A stretch of 32,000 bases of DNA from Vibrio cholerae ATCC 14035 (lineage in GTDB: Bacteria; Pseudomonadota; Gammaproteobacteria; Enterobacterales; Vibrionaceae), in the NCBI RefSeq assembly GCF_000621645.1, contig NZ_JHXR01000001.1, positions 210,001-242,000 of the forward strand, read 5' to 3'. Of the stretch, positions 9,216 through 18,950 are shown one piece after another; the first letter of the stretch is position 1, and each line of letters begins with the position of its first letter. Below the pieces are notes generated by a model. The model searched no databases, was not told the origin of the DNA, and saw only the letters and a program-made list of their open reading frames with translations. Position numbers and translations under genes: made by a program.

Positions 9216-9707
9216 TTATTGCTTGCTTAGCACGTAAAACTCAGCCAGCTCACCTTCGATAACCTTACCTTCCATATCCAGATGGGACAGCGTGTTTTCA
9301 CCCACCATGAATTGTCTGCCAGTTTGGTCGCCTGTTTGCAGTGTTACGATGTTGCCAGCTTCATTCCAAACGAAAGTACCTTGAGAGGCAAAAGGTTCAC
9401 CTTCTTTATCGAGGTATTTTTCTGTTAGCGCGTAGGTGCCATCCGCGTTCAGCGTCAGCTCTGTTTCAATGCCACCGCAATCAGCACAAGGCAGAGTGCC
9501 TTGATAGATGCCAGCCCAATCTAGGCTGTTTTGAGCATTGTGCGCTGCATCAACGCTTGCTGTTGATGGTTGAGCCGCAGATTGCTCAGCAGGTGCTGCC
9601 GCAACATCAACGACTTTTTCTACTTCCACTTTTGCGTCTTGTTGGTTGTCGCAACCGACAAGAATGAGAGTCAGCGCGCTCAGGGCAAAAATACTTTTTT
9701 TCATCAT
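9216..9707 (-). CDS. NlpE/CutF N-terminal-domain-like lipoprotein
   Basis: There is a lipobox (LTLILVGC|D) and the NlpE_N signature YQGTLPCADCGGIETELTLNADGTY. Two adjacent ATGs (9707 and 9704) follow AAGGA. Confidence 0.75.
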   Translation of the reverse strand: MMKKSIFALSALTLILVGCDNQQDAKVEVEKVVDVAAAPAEQSAAQPSTASVDAAHNAQNSLDWAGIYQGTLPCADCGGIETELTLNADGTYALTEKYLDKEGEPFASQGTFVWNEAGNIVTLQTGDQTGRQFMVGENTLSHLDMEGKVIEGELAEFYVLSKQ

Positions 9708-9956
9708 AGATCCTTGGTTAAGAAAGGTTGACCATCACAAACACGACTAATATGAACTCATGCCGTTAAGTCCTAGTCAAACGCGCGTCATTTTAGCGAC
9801 AAGTTGTGTGTGATCTAGCTCAATAAAAGCGATATTTCCCAACAGATAATAAATAGTCATTTGCTTGTGGAGAAGGATACCCCTTTCCTACTTGCCGCCT
9901 ACAGACGACAACGCCAAATCGTTTGGAGAGAGCCTGTTGAGCAGAGACCAGAGGGA

Positions 9957-9988
9957 GATAATAAAAGACCCTCATCGATGAGGGTCTT
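9957..9988 (-). terminator. Rho-independent terminator of the minCDE operon
   Basis: The inverted repeat AAGACCCTCAT / ATGAGGGTCTT starts 8 nt downstream of the minE stop. On the minus strand it is followed by TTTTATTAT. Confidence 0.8.
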
Positions 9989-9995
9989 GAAGCGG

Positions 9996-10259
9996 TTATT
10001 TTTCGTCATCCGGCAGTTTGACGTTGAGCTCAAGCACCGAGATATCATCGCCTTTATGCTCAAAAGAGAGTTCGACCATGGATGGGTCAATCGCGACGTA
10101 TTTGGCAATCACTTTCAGAATGTCTTCTTTGAGTTGTGGCAAATAGCTGGGTGCAGGATCGTTTTGGCTACGACGCTCAGCCACAATGATCTGCAGACGC
10201 TCTTTGGCAACGCTCGCGGAAGTCTTCTTCTGTGGGCGGAAAAATTCCAGCAATGACAT
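9996..10259 (-). CDS. minE: Cell division topological specificity factor MinE
   Basis: The 87-aa protein begins [30 protein letters not shown], the canonical MinE N-terminus. It lies 4 nt after minD. Confidence 0.95.
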
Positions 10260-10263
10260 AGCG

Positions 10264-11076
10264 TTAACCTCCGAATAAGCGTTTGAAAATACCTTTCTTC
10301 GCTTCAGTCAGGAAACGAAACTCAACTTGTTCACCAAGTAGACGTGCCACCGTATCTTGATAAGCTTGGCCTGCATCGGATTGATCGTCAAAAATTACTG
10401 GAACCCCTTTGTTCGAGGCGTTCAATACGGCTTGGCTTTCTGGAATCACACCGAGCAGCGGCACATGTAGGATTTCTTCGACGTCTTGCACACTGAGCAT
10501 TTCACCTTGAGTGACGCGTGCAGGGTTGTAGCGAGTGAGCAGCAGATGCTGTTTGATCGGCGCTTGGCCTTGTTCCGCCCGCATCGATTTAGAATCGAGA
10601 ATGCCTAGAATACGGTCAGAGTCGCGCACTGACGATACTTCAGGGTTGGTGGTGACAATCGCTTCGTCGGCGTAGTACAACGCCATCAGCGCGCCTTGCT
10701 CAATCCCAGCTGGTGAGTCACAAATGATGAAGTCAAAACCCATCTCTTTGAGATCATTGAGCACGCGCTGTACACCATCTTTGGTTAGCGCATCTTTATC
10801 ACGAGTTTGAGAGGCAGGCAGGATGAACAGGTTTTCGTTGCGTTTGTCTTTAATCAAGGCTTGGTTGAGCGTTGCTTCACCGTTGATGACATTGACAAAA
10901 TCGTACACCACGCGGCGCTCACAGCCCATGATTAAATCGAGATTACGCAGACCGATATCAAAATCGATCACAGCGGTTTTTTTGCCTCGCAGCGCGAGAC
11001 CTGAAGCAATTGCAGCACTGGAGGTGGTTTTGCCAACCCCGCCTTTTCCTGACGTGACGACAATAATGCGCGACAT
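10264..11076 (-). CDS. minD: Septum site-determining ATPase MinD
   Basis: [18 protein letters not shown] contains the deviant Walker A motif, and the protein looks MinD-like along its full length. I use the ATG at 11076 (AAGGA upstream) rather than the TTG at 11094 of the ORF track. Confidence 0.95.
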
Positions 11077-11096
11077 GTTATTTTTTCCTTTCAATC

Positions 11097-11759
11097 TTAA
11101 ATCGTGAGCGTTTCGAGATAGAGCGATTCGTCAGTCATACTGAGCATCACCCTCTGTTGCCAGAACTGACTTTCAATTTGATCACTTAACCAATAGCGGC
11201 CAGCGATGGAAATCAATTCCGCTTGCAAATCATGACAAATAATTCGTGCTTCTCGTTGACCACTCGCTCCGGCAATCGCACGGCCACGTAACGTGCCATA
11301 AATATGGATTGAACCATCGGCGATCACTTCAGCCCCCGCACTGACGTGACTTAAGATCACCAGATCGCCGTCTTTGGCATAAATCTGTTGACCCGAACGT
11401 ACTGGGGTACGAATCACTTTGGTCGGAGCCATTTGCGCTGGGGCTTGGGCTGGGGAGTTTGTGGCGGTCATTACTGCAAAACCGGCTTCGACGGCAAGGT
11501 TTTGGCTACGTTTGTCTTTACATCCTGTGACACCGACGGGGATTAAACCCGCTTGGCTGATCCCTTGTTTTAACGCAGGATAATCAATATCGCCCTCGAC
11601 TTTCGCCACATTGATCACCACTGGCGCATTGGCAAAAAAGGCCGGGGCTTGCGCGATCTTTTCTTGAAGAAATTGAACAGTATGCGCAATTTGGTTGTCA
11701 GAAAGGTGTAATACCGACAAAGTAAAACTACTACCTTTCAGGTCAGGGTTTTTCGACAT
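11097..11759 (-). CDS. minC: Septum site-determining protein MinC
   Basis: This 220-aa protein is the first gene of minCDE. Its C-terminal beta-helix region ([26 protein letters not shown]) is typical of MinC. Confidence 0.9.
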
Positions 11760-11958
11760 GGTAACGTTGACCTCAATAAACTCTATGCCTTACGGAGAGA
11801 GCATTGGCTGAGAACAGGGCTGTCATGTTATATTCAGCGCCAAAGCACAGCAAGTTCTCTTGCGGTGAAATAAGTGATTTGGCATCAATTTTGATCAAAG
11901 TTAACTGAATTAAGACAAAATGCCCTAAGTGGTCAATAATCGAAATAAAAGGCTTGTC

Positions 11959-12237
11959 ATGCTTTGCTCTATTTACAAAAGTCCTAAAAAAGAAGGCACT
12001 TATCTCTATATTCCGAAACGGGACGATTTTTCACAGGTCCCTGACACCTTAAAACAGATGTTTGGTAAACCTATTTTTGTCATGCTGGTCAATCTTGAGC
12101 AGCGTCAGTTGGCGCAAGTGAATGTGGAGAAGGTGAAACAATCCATGCAGGAACAAGGTTTCTTTTTGCAGTTACCGCCGCCACCAGAAAATTTGCTGGA
12201 ACAACATAAGGAGCGCAAAGCGCGCCAAACTCCCTGA
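11959..12237 (+). CDS. ycgL: YcgL-domain protein
   Basis: [29 protein letters not shown]...[14 protein letters not shown] matches my recollection of E. coli YcgL. It is divergent from minC, as in E. coli. The start is the internal ATG at 11959 of the 11929 ORF. Confidence 0.85.
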   Translation: MLCSIYKSPKKEGTYLYIPKRDDFSQVPDTLKQMFGKPIFVMLVNLEQRQLAQVNVEKVKQSMQEQGFFLQLPPPPENLLEQHKERKARQTP

Positions 12238-12261
12238 TGAAGATGGCTCAAGGAGGGCATC

Positions 12262-13233
12262 TTGAAAAAATTATTATCGATAGTACTGGGCCTAGCGTTA
12301 TCGGCACCCGTACTCGCCAATGAAGTCAGTTTTGAACAATATGTCGAAAGGCTAAAGCAGCAAGCGCGTGAAGAAGGTATTTCCGAACGTATCCTCAACG
12401 AAGCGTTTCGTGATGTGGAATACAAGCCTCGTTCCGTCGTTGCGGATAAAAATCAGCCAGAGAAAAAGTTGACGCTGGATGAATACATCCCGCGCGCTGT
12501 ACCAGAGTGGAAAGTAAAGCAAGCGCAATCTCTGTATGAAAAACACTACACTGAGCTGCAACGCATTGGTAAGCAGTATGGAGTACAACCGAGATTTATT
12601 GTTGCCTTGTGGGGGGTTGAAAGTAATTTCGGTGCGTTCACGGGTAACTTTCGGGTGATTGATGCGTTATCGACGCTGGCCTATGAAGGCCGCCGTGAAG
12701 AGTTTTTCCGCAAAGAAACCATGGCCGCCTTGCAGATCCTCGAACAAGGTCACATTGCCCCTGAAGCCATGAAAGGCTCTTGGGCGGGCGCGATGGGGCA
12801 GTGTCAATTTATGCCAAGCTCGTTTTTGAATTTTGCCGCTGATGGCAACGGTGATGGCAAAAAAGACATTTGGGGAACACGTTCAGACGTATTTGCTTCT
12901 ACGGCTAACTATCTCAGCCAATCAGGCTGGGATGATAAGTACACTTGGGGACGCCAAGTGAAAATCCCCAAAGGGTTTGACCATGCTCTAGAAGGACGTC
13001 AGCCTGAAAAAGGCAAAACGTTACAAGAGTGGAGTAAGCTTGGGGTCACTCGTTATGATGGTAAACCGCTGCCAGCGCTTTCTGATGATATTAAAGCGTG
13101 GCTCATCATGCCTGATGATGAAGCAGGGCGAATTTATCTTGTGTATAACAACTACAATGTATTGATGAAGTGGAATCGCTCTCATTACTTTGCGTTGGCG
13201 GTCAGCCATCTGGCGGATCGGATTGCGTTCTAA
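12262..13233 (+). CDS. Lytic murein transglycosylase (MltB/SLT_2 family, soluble periplasmic form)
   Basis: The TTG start has AGGAGGG upstream. The signal peptide is MKKLLSIVLGLALSAPVLA. Family motifs are present: LWGVESNFG (catalytic Glu) and GAMGQCQFMPSSF. Confidence 0.85.
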   Translation: MKKLLSIVLGLALSAPVLANEVSFEQYVERLKQQAREEGISERILNEAFRDVEYKPRSVVADKNQPEKKLTLDEYIPRAVPEWKVKQAQSLYEKHYTELQRIGKQYGVQPRFIVALWGVESNFGAFTGNFRVIDALSTLAYEGRREEFFRKETMAALQILEQGHIAPEAMKGSWAGAMGQCQFMPSSFLNFAADGNGDGKKDIWGTRSDVFASTANYLSQSGWDDKYTWGRQVKIPKGFDHALEGRQPEKGKTLQEWSKLGVTRYDGKPLPALSDDIKAWLIMPDDEAGRIYLVYNNYNVLMKWNRSHYFALAVSHLADRIAF

Positions 13234-13269
13234 CCTGTTGGATTGGCGCAACGGATTGGCAATTAGCGA

Positions 13270-13301
13270 ACAGAGGGCTCTCATTGAGCCCTCTGTTTTT
13301 T
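13270..13301 (+). terminator. Rho-independent terminator after the transglycosylase gene
   Basis: An 11-bp perfect stem (ACAGAGGGCTC / GAGCCCTCTGT) with a 5-nt loop is followed by a T6 run. Confidence 0.85.
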
Positions 13302-13396
13302 CTGTTTGTGAGCAACGGGTTTTTAGGCATTTCGGTAATCGGGATGTGTTGATGAAGAAGGCTGTGATGGGGAGAGTTTGCTGATGGAGATGCGAT

Positions 13397-14344
13397 TTGT
13401 TTGCTGAACGCGCGAGCCAAATGGCTTTATTTGCGGTGTTAATCCAACATCAAAGTTTTACTGCTGCTGCGCACGCGCTAGGCGTGTCGGTGTCTCATGT
13501 CAGTAAACAGCTCGCCGCGTTAGAGGCCTCGCTGGGCGTTAAACTGGTGCAGCGCACCACGCGCAGCTTTACTCTGACGGATGCTGGGAATCTGTTTTAT
13601 GCCCAGTGCCGTGAACTTTTAACGATTGTGACCAATGCACAAAGTGAAATGGAAGATCAGCGTGATGAAGTGGTAGGGCTGATTAGACTTGGTTTATCGC
13701 AATCTTTTGGCACCTTGCATGTGTTGCCTGCTTTGGAGCAGCTTCGCCAACAATATCCTGAGTTGAACGTCGAAGTGCATCTGTTTGATCATAAAGTCGA
13801 TATGCTCAAGGAAGGGTTGGATTTATGGATCACCAGTAACGAGCAGCTACCAGAGGGTTATGTGGCGCAGCGCATTGCCGATTGCCGTTTTGTGGTGGCC
13901 GCATCGCCAGACTACCTGCTGCGTTATGGATCACCCACAGAACCTATGGCCTTAATGGAGCATAACTGCTTGATTTATCGAAGCTGGGAGCGCGATTACA
14001 CCCGTTGGTCATTCAGCCGAGATGGACACAATCAAACCATTAAAGTGGCCGGAAACTACTCGGTCGATCTGGCGGAGGCGGTACGCGATGCTGCCGTGGC
14101 AGGATGGGGAATCGCTTATTTGGCGACCTATTTGCTGCGAGATGAATTTCGCACAGGGCAGCTTATTCAGCTGCTGCCGGAGTGGTCCGCCAATCAACAG
14201 ATGCCGTTTTATGCGGTGTATCCCAGTCGTCAACATATGCCGAAAAAAACATCGGCGGTGATTGAATTTATCAAACAGCGGCTCGGTACGCCTTGTTACT
14301 GGGATACTCGTTTACAACCTTATGTTCGTTTTGCAGCAGAATAG
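13397..14344 (+). CDS. LysR-family transcriptional regulator
   Basis: It has the LysR HTH (FTAAAHALGVSVSHVSKQLAALEASLGVKLVQRTTRS) and a C-terminal substrate-binding domain. The start is ambiguous: TTG at 13397 or ATG at 13421. Confidence 0.85.
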   Translation: MFAERASQMALFAVLIQHQSFTAAAHALGVSVSHVSKQLAALEASLGVKLVQRTTRSFTLTDAGNLFYAQCRELLTIVTNAQSEMEDQRDEVVGLIRLGLSQSFGTLHVLPALEQLRQQYPELNVEVHLFDHKVDMLKEGLDLWITSNEQLPEGYVAQRIADCRFVVAASPDYLLRYGSPTEPMALMEHNCLIYRSWERDYTRWSFSRDGHNQTIKVAGNYSVDLAEAVRDAAVAGWGIAYLATYLLRDEFRTGQLIQLLPEWSANQQMPFYAVYPSRQHMPKKTSAVIEFIKQRLGTPCYWDTRLQPYVRFAAE

Positions 14345-14686
14345 CTTCTGGCGACTTAACGCCGTAGCCGTGTGGATCATGTTTGCTCTCCTTAATGACG
14401 CCGCCTTTCGATACTCGGTGAGATTAGCTCACTGGCTTGCTAGTGCAACAGGAGATCGCTGGGGGTATATTCCATGAGGATTATTGCTGTTTTTAAAAAG
14501 ATATTTTCCCAATGGAAAAGATAACTCAAAAGCAAACGTTTAGGTTTAATAAAATCAGCAAGTTATGAAAAGACGTATTTTGATTACCGGTTTGGTAATG
14601 AGTGATTAACAAACTCACCTTGCGCATACGATTTCCTTCACTAAAATCGCCGCCTTTCCTGTTCTACTCACAATTTGGGCGGCGTT

Positions 14687-15892
14687 ATGTCATCACTCCT
14701 CGGTATGGGCGCAATTTTGCTGGTTGCGTGGCTATTTTCTACCAATAGAAAAAATATCAACTTGCGTACAGTTTCTTTAGCGTTACTGCTGCAAATCTTC
14801 TTCGCCTTACTGGTGCTGTATGTACCTGCGGGTAAAGAGGCACTCAATCGTGTGACGGGCGCGGTGTCACAACTGATCAACTATGGGCAAGATGGTATCG
14901 GTTTTGTGTTTGGTGGCCTCGCCAATGGCAGCGTAGGTTTTGTGTTTGCGATTAATGTCCTTGGCATCATCATTTTCTTCTCTGCACTGATTTCTGGCCT
15001 TTACCATTTAGGCATCATGCCGAAAGTGATTAACCTCATCGGTGGTGGTTTACAGAAATTGCTTGGCACAGGCCGTGCAGAATCCCTTTCTGCTACCGCA
15101 AACATTTTCGTGGGTATGATTGAAGCGCCGCTGGTGGTGAAACCTTATCTTCATAAAATGACCGATTCGCAATTCTTTGCAGTGATGACGGGCGGCTTAG
15201 CGTCGGTTGCTGGCGGTACTTTGGTTGGTTATGCCTCTTTAGGTGTGGAATTGAACTATCTGATCGCGGCGGCTTTCATGTCTGCCCCTGCGGGTCTTTT
15301 GATGGCAAAAATCATGTTGCCAGAAACCGAACACGTCGATGCCGCGATTGCGCAAGATGAGTTGGATCTGCCGAAATCCACTAACGTCGTCGAAGCGATT
15401 GCGGATGGCGCGATGTCGGGTGTGAAAATTGCTGTTGCGGTAGGGGCGACTTTGCTCGCTTTCGTGAGTGTGATTGCTCTGTTAAACGGCTTGCTCGGTT
15501 GGTTTGGTGGCTGGTTTGGCATCGAGCTAAGCTTTGAACTGATCATGGGGTATGTTTTCGCTCCGGTAGCTTGGCTGATTGGTATTCCATGGCATGAGGC
15601 GATCACGGCAGGCTCGCTGATTGGTAACAAAGTGGTGGTGAACGAGTTTGTCGCTTTCATTCAACTGATTGAAGTGAAAGAGCAATTGAGTGCGCATTCA
15701 CAAGCGATCGTGACTTTCGCGCTGTGCGGTTTTGCGAATATTTCTACCATGGCGATTTTGATTGGTGGTTTGGGTAGCCTTGTACCTGAACGTCGCTCTT
15801 TTATCTCCCAATACGGCTTCCGTGCGATTGGCGCAGGCGTATTAGCTAACCTAATGAGTGCATCGATCGCTGGAGTGATTTTGTCTTTGTGA
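14687..15892 (+). CDS. nupC: NupC-family concentrative nucleoside transporter
   Basis: The ~401-aa polytopic protein carries CNT-family blocks (GQDGIGFVFG, ESLSATANIFVGMIEAPL, NEFVAF). I prefer the ATG at 14687 over the TTG at 14675 used by the ORF track. Confidence 0.85.
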   Translation: MSSLLGMGAILLVAWLFSTNRKNINLRTVSLALLLQIFFALLVLYVPAGKEALNRVTGAVSQLINYGQDGIGFVFGGLANGSVGFVFAINVLGIIIFFSALISGLYHLGIMPKVINLIGGGLQKLLGTGRAESLSATANIFVGMIEAPLVVKPYLHKMTDSQFFAVMTGGLASVAGGTLVGYASLGVELNYLIAAAFMSAPAGLLMAKIMLPETEHVDAAIAQDELDLPKSTNVVEAIADGAMSGVKIAVAVGATLLAFVSVIALLNGLLGWFGGWFGIELSFELIMGYVFAPVAWLIGIPWHEAITAGSLIGNKVVVNEFVAFIQLIEVKEQLSAHSQAIVTFALCGFANISTMAILIGGLGSLVPERRSFISQYGFRAIGAGVLANLMSASIAGVILSL

Positions 15893-15910
15893 TCACAGAT
15901 TGATGGATTG

Positions 15911-15938
15911 AGGCCAGCGAGTATGCTGGCCTTTTTTT
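15911..15938 (+). terminator. Rho-independent terminator of nupC
   Basis: The stem AGGCCAGC / GCTGGCCT has a 6-nt loop and is followed by a T7 run. Confidence 0.85.
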
Positions 15939-16155
15939 GTTATTCCTAAATCACCGCTTTTAGTAGTGGTGATTGTTTTAAAGATCTCCTTTTTATTTCG
16001 TGAATCGCGCCGAAAAAGAATTGAAAGCGATGATTAACCGCAGAAGAAGCAGTGACACTGTGCCGAGAACGGTAAACTATTCCATTGATTAACATGCAAA
16101 TCTTTCACTCTGGAGTATTAGTTATAAGCGACATCATCTAATACAGGAGAGAAAC

Positions 16156-18696
16156 ATGAAGCGCTATTGTTTAGCCGCCGTGATTACCGCCAGTTTGGGG
16201 GTAAGTTACTCAGCACAAGCCTATAACTGTGCCGGAGTGCCAGTGTGGGACAGCAGTACAGTGTATGTTGGCAGTGATAAAGTTCAAAAAACCAACACCG
16301 CTTACCAAGCGCGTTACTGGACTCAGGGTAACGATCCGGTAACCCATTCTGGTCAATGGGACGCATGGCAAATTCTTGGACAGTGTGACGGAGGGGCGAA
16401 TAACCCACCTCAAGTGTCCATTCAATCACCACTCAATAACGCCAAGATCCCACAAGGCTCCGTCGTCGGATTACAAGCCAATGCCTCAGATAGTGATGGC
16501 AGCATTACTCAGGTGGAGTTTTTAGTCGGCACACAGCGTATCGCGATTGACCAACAAGCCCCATACCAAGTGGATTGGACGGCAACGCTAGGAGCCACTT
16601 CAGTGACCGCGATTGCGACCGATAACCAAGGTGCAACCACCAGCAGCACCGTAAATATCAGCGTAACGCCTACTGGTAACCCAGTTCCGCCAACTGTGAC
16701 GTTGACTAGCCCAACGGGCAGTGAACAGCTAACCGTGGGCGATGTTCTAGCCGTGGCCGCAAATGCCACTGACAGTGATGGCACTGTCAACGCTGTTGAA
16801 TTTTATGTTGATGGCCAACTTGTTGTGATCGATAGCTCTGAGCCTTATCAGTTTAATTGGAATGCCGCTGTCGGCAGCCATACCTTTAAAGCCAAAGCGA
16901 TTGATAACGACAACCTGTCTACCCTGAGCCAAGAAGTGACTTTAACGGTCGGCAGTGGCTCGAATGCAGGTTGCGCGGGTTTACCTGTGTATTCGGTGGG
17001 AACCGCGTATTCGGCAGGGCAGTTGGTACAAAATAAGAACCAAAAATATCGCTGTGATATCGCCGGTTGGTGTTCTTCCAGCTCCGGTTGGGCGTATGAG
17101 CCAGGGGTTGGAAGTTATTGGAAAGAAGCATGGAGTGGTTTAGGCGCTTGTTCAACGCCACCTGTCGTGACATTAACCAACCCAACGGCGAACCAAGTGA
17201 TTCTTGCTGGCTCAACCGTCAGTGTGGCGGCGCAAGCCAGTGATGCCGATGGCTCGGTCACGCAAGTGGAGTTTTTTGCGGGCAACAACAGCTTAGGCGT
17301 GGTGACTCAAGCACCTTACGCGGTTAACTGGCTAGCCACTACTACGGGAAATCAAACCCTGAAAGCAGTCGCAACCGACAACGACAGTAACACCAGTGAA
17401 AGCGCAGTCAGCGTGACGGTGAGCGATCAAGATCTGGTGGTTTCACTGACTTCACCGACATCCGGCCAAACCGTTGGTCTAGGTAAACCGGTCAATATTG
17501 CCGCCGATGCTACGTCACTAACCAATAATGTGGCGAAAGTGGAGTTTGTGGTCAACGGCGCGGTAGTTGCAACGGATACAACAGAGCCTTTTGCTTACAG
17601 TTGGACGCCAAGTGCGATTGGTAACTATACCGTTGCCGCGAAAGCGACTGACGCAGCAGGAACGAGCGTGACCTCTTCTGCTGCCGCAATCAGCGTGGTA
17701 GAGCAAGCGCAGAAGAAACATCGCTTGATTGGTTACTGGCATAACTTCGTCAATGGTGCGGGTTGCCCAATTCGTTTGGCGGATATGTCACAAGCGTGGG
17801 ATGTGATTGATATTGCCTTTGCAGAAAACGATCGCAACAGTACCGGAACGGTACATTTCAACCTGTATGCCGGTGATATTTACAGCAGTTGTCCTGCGCT
17901 CGATCCTGCGCAATTCAAGCAAGATATGAAAGCACTGCAAGCGAAAGGTAAAGTATTTGTCCTTTCCTTAGGTGGCGCTGAAGGCACTATTACCCTTAAC
18001 ACTGATCAAGATGAAGCCAACTTCGTGAGCAGCCTGACTGCGTTGATCAAAGAATGGGGCTTTGATGGGTTGGATGTGGATCTCGAAAGTGGTTCAAACC
18101 TTGTTCATGGCTCACAAATTCAAGCGCGCTTAGGCCGAGCATTGAAGCAAATCGAGAAAAACATCGGTGGTGATATGTTCCTCACTATGGCGCCTGAACA
18201 CCCTTATGTGCAAGGTGGTATGGTTGCCTACAGTGGAATTTGGGGCGCTTACATTCCGGTGATTAACGAAGTGCGCGATACGCTTGATATTCTGCATGTT
18301 CAGCTCTACAACAACGGTGGTTTACCTAACCCATACACACCGAGCGCGGCACCAGAAGGCTCTGTGGATATGATGGTCGCCCAATCAAAAATGTTGATTG
18401 AAGGCTTCACTTTAGCCAACGGGACACGCTTTGAACCATTGCGTGATGACCAAGTAGCCATTGGTTTGCCATCAGGTCCAAGTTCGGCAAATTCGGGTCA
18501 AGCTCCAACCCAAAATATCCTTGATGCGTTGGATTGTTTAACCAAAGGAACCCGCTGCGGCACCATCAAACCAGCCTTTGCCTACCCCAATTATGCAGGC
18601 GTGATGACCTGGTCAATCAACTGGGATAAGCACGACGGCTTTAATTTTTCCAAACCGGTTGGGGATAAACTTAGCCAGATGAATAATGCTCAGTAA
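16156..18696 (+). CDS. chiA: Secreted modular GH18 chitinase (signal peptide, CBM5/12, 2x Ig-like, CBM5/12, 2x Ig-like, GH18 catalytic domain)
   Basis: The SD AGGAGA lies 6 nt upstream of the ATG. The signal peptide is ...VSYSAQA. The GH18 catalytic motif FDGLDVDLE is present, with the catalytic Glu codon at 18085-18087. Two chitin-binding-type modules have the aromatic pattern (AYQARYWTQG; YRCDIAGWC...YWKEAW). From memory it resembles V. cholerae ChiA-1. Confidence 0.9.
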   Translation: MKRYCLAAVITASLGVSYSAQAYNCAGVPVWDSSTVYVGSDKVQKTNTAYQARYWTQGNDPVTHSGQWDAWQILGQCDGGANNPPQVSIQSPLNNAKIPQGSVVGLQANASDSDGSITQVEFLVGTQRIAIDQQAPYQVDWTATLGATSVTAIATDNQGATTSSTVNISVTPTGNPVPPTVTLTSPTGSEQLTVGDVLAVAANATDSDGTVNAVEFYVDGQLVVIDSSEPYQFNWNAAVGSHTFKAKAIDNDNLSTLSQEVTLTVGSGSNAGCAGLPVYSVGTAYSAGQLVQNKNQKYRCDIAGWCSSSSGWAYEPGVGSYWKEAWSGLGACSTPPVVTLTNPTANQVILAGSTVSVAAQASDADGSVTQVEFFAGNNSLGVVTQAPYAVNWLATTTGNQTLKAVATDNDSNTSESAVSVTVSDQDLVVSLTSPTSGQTVGLGKPVNIAADATSLTNNVAKVEFVVNGAVVATDTTEPFAYSWTPSAIGNYTVAAKATDAAGTSVTSSAAAISVVEQAQKKHRLIGYWHNFVNGAGCPIRLADMSQAWDVIDIAFAENDRNSTGTVHFNLYAGDIYSSCPALDPAQFKQDMKALQAKGKVFVLSLGGAEGTITLNTDQDEANFVSSLTALIKEWGFDGLDVDLESGSNLVHGSQIQARLGRALKQIEKNIGGDMFLTMAPEHPYVQGGMVAYSGIWGAYIPVINEVRDTLDILHVQLYNNGGLPNPYTPSAAPEGSVDMMVAQSKMLIEGFTLANGTRFEPLRDDQVAIGLPSGPSSANSGQAPTQNILDALDCLTKGTRCGTIKPAFAYPNYAGVMTWSINWDKHDGFNFSKPVGDKLSQMNNAQ
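16405..16950 (+). repeat. Tandem pair of ~90-aa Ig-like modules inside the chitinase (modules 1 and 2)
   Basis: Both modules share the pattern P..V.L.SP......G..V...A.A.D.DG.V..VEF.V.G..........PY...W.......H/T.......A.D......S. They span aa 84-171 and 177-265. Confidence 0.7.
17155..17700 (+). repeat. Second tandem pair of Ig-like modules inside the chitinase (modules 3 and 4)
   Basis: The same pattern as modules 1 and 2 occurs at aa 334-422 and 425-515. Module 4 has lost the D.DG motif (ADATSLTNNVAKVEF). Confidence 0.7.
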
Positions 18697-18724
18697 ATCC
18701 GTTCGTTGAGTTTCTTTTATCGCC

Positions 18725-18758
18725 AAATTCACCTCAGTTACGCTGGGGTGAATTTTTT
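18725..18758 (+). terminator. Rho-independent terminator of the chitinase gene
   Basis: A 13-bp stem (AAATTCACCTCAG / CTGGGGTGAATTT, one G.U pair) with a 5-nt loop is followed by a T-run. Confidence 0.85.
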
Positions 18759-18883
18759 ATGGCACTTGTCTAGAGAGTTACCAATAAGTAAAGAGGTTGG
18801 TTGAAATCCGTGGAGGGTAAGTGAAGATAGTCCGCGATAGGTTTGACTCAACATCACATAAGCACGCTTTTCGTAGCACGTAT

Positions 18884-18897
18884 ATGATGCGGATCAA
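18884..18897. promoter_or_regulatory. Candidate FNR (CRP/FNR-family) box upstream of torY
   Basis: ATGATgcggATCAA matches the FNR consensus TTGAT-N4-ATCAA at 9 of 10 positions. A weak -10 (TAGGAT, 18919-18924) would put the box centre about 40-42 bp upstream of a transcription start, which is class II geometry. Confidence 0.35.
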
Positions 18898-18950
18898 TAT
18901 CTCATACCCCAAAAGGGGTAGGATGATCGCATATTTATAAATGTAAAAGG

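Noticed and set aside
13170-13420. Three overlapping 60-72 aa ORFs in the gap between the transglycosylase and LysR genes, and the 14262-14477 ORF after the LysR gene.
   Set aside because: They span a terminator or an intergenic promoter region, have no SD and no recognisable motifs, and are mutually exclusive.
14415-14625. Possible CRP/CytR sites upstream of nupC (GTGAGattagCTCAC at ~14417-14431 and AGTGAttaacaaacTCAC at ~14601-14618).
   Set aside because: The half-site spacings (7 and 9 nt between GTGA and TCAC) do not fit the TGTGA-N6-TCACA consensus. The first is a real 5-bp inverted repeat, but that is too short to call.
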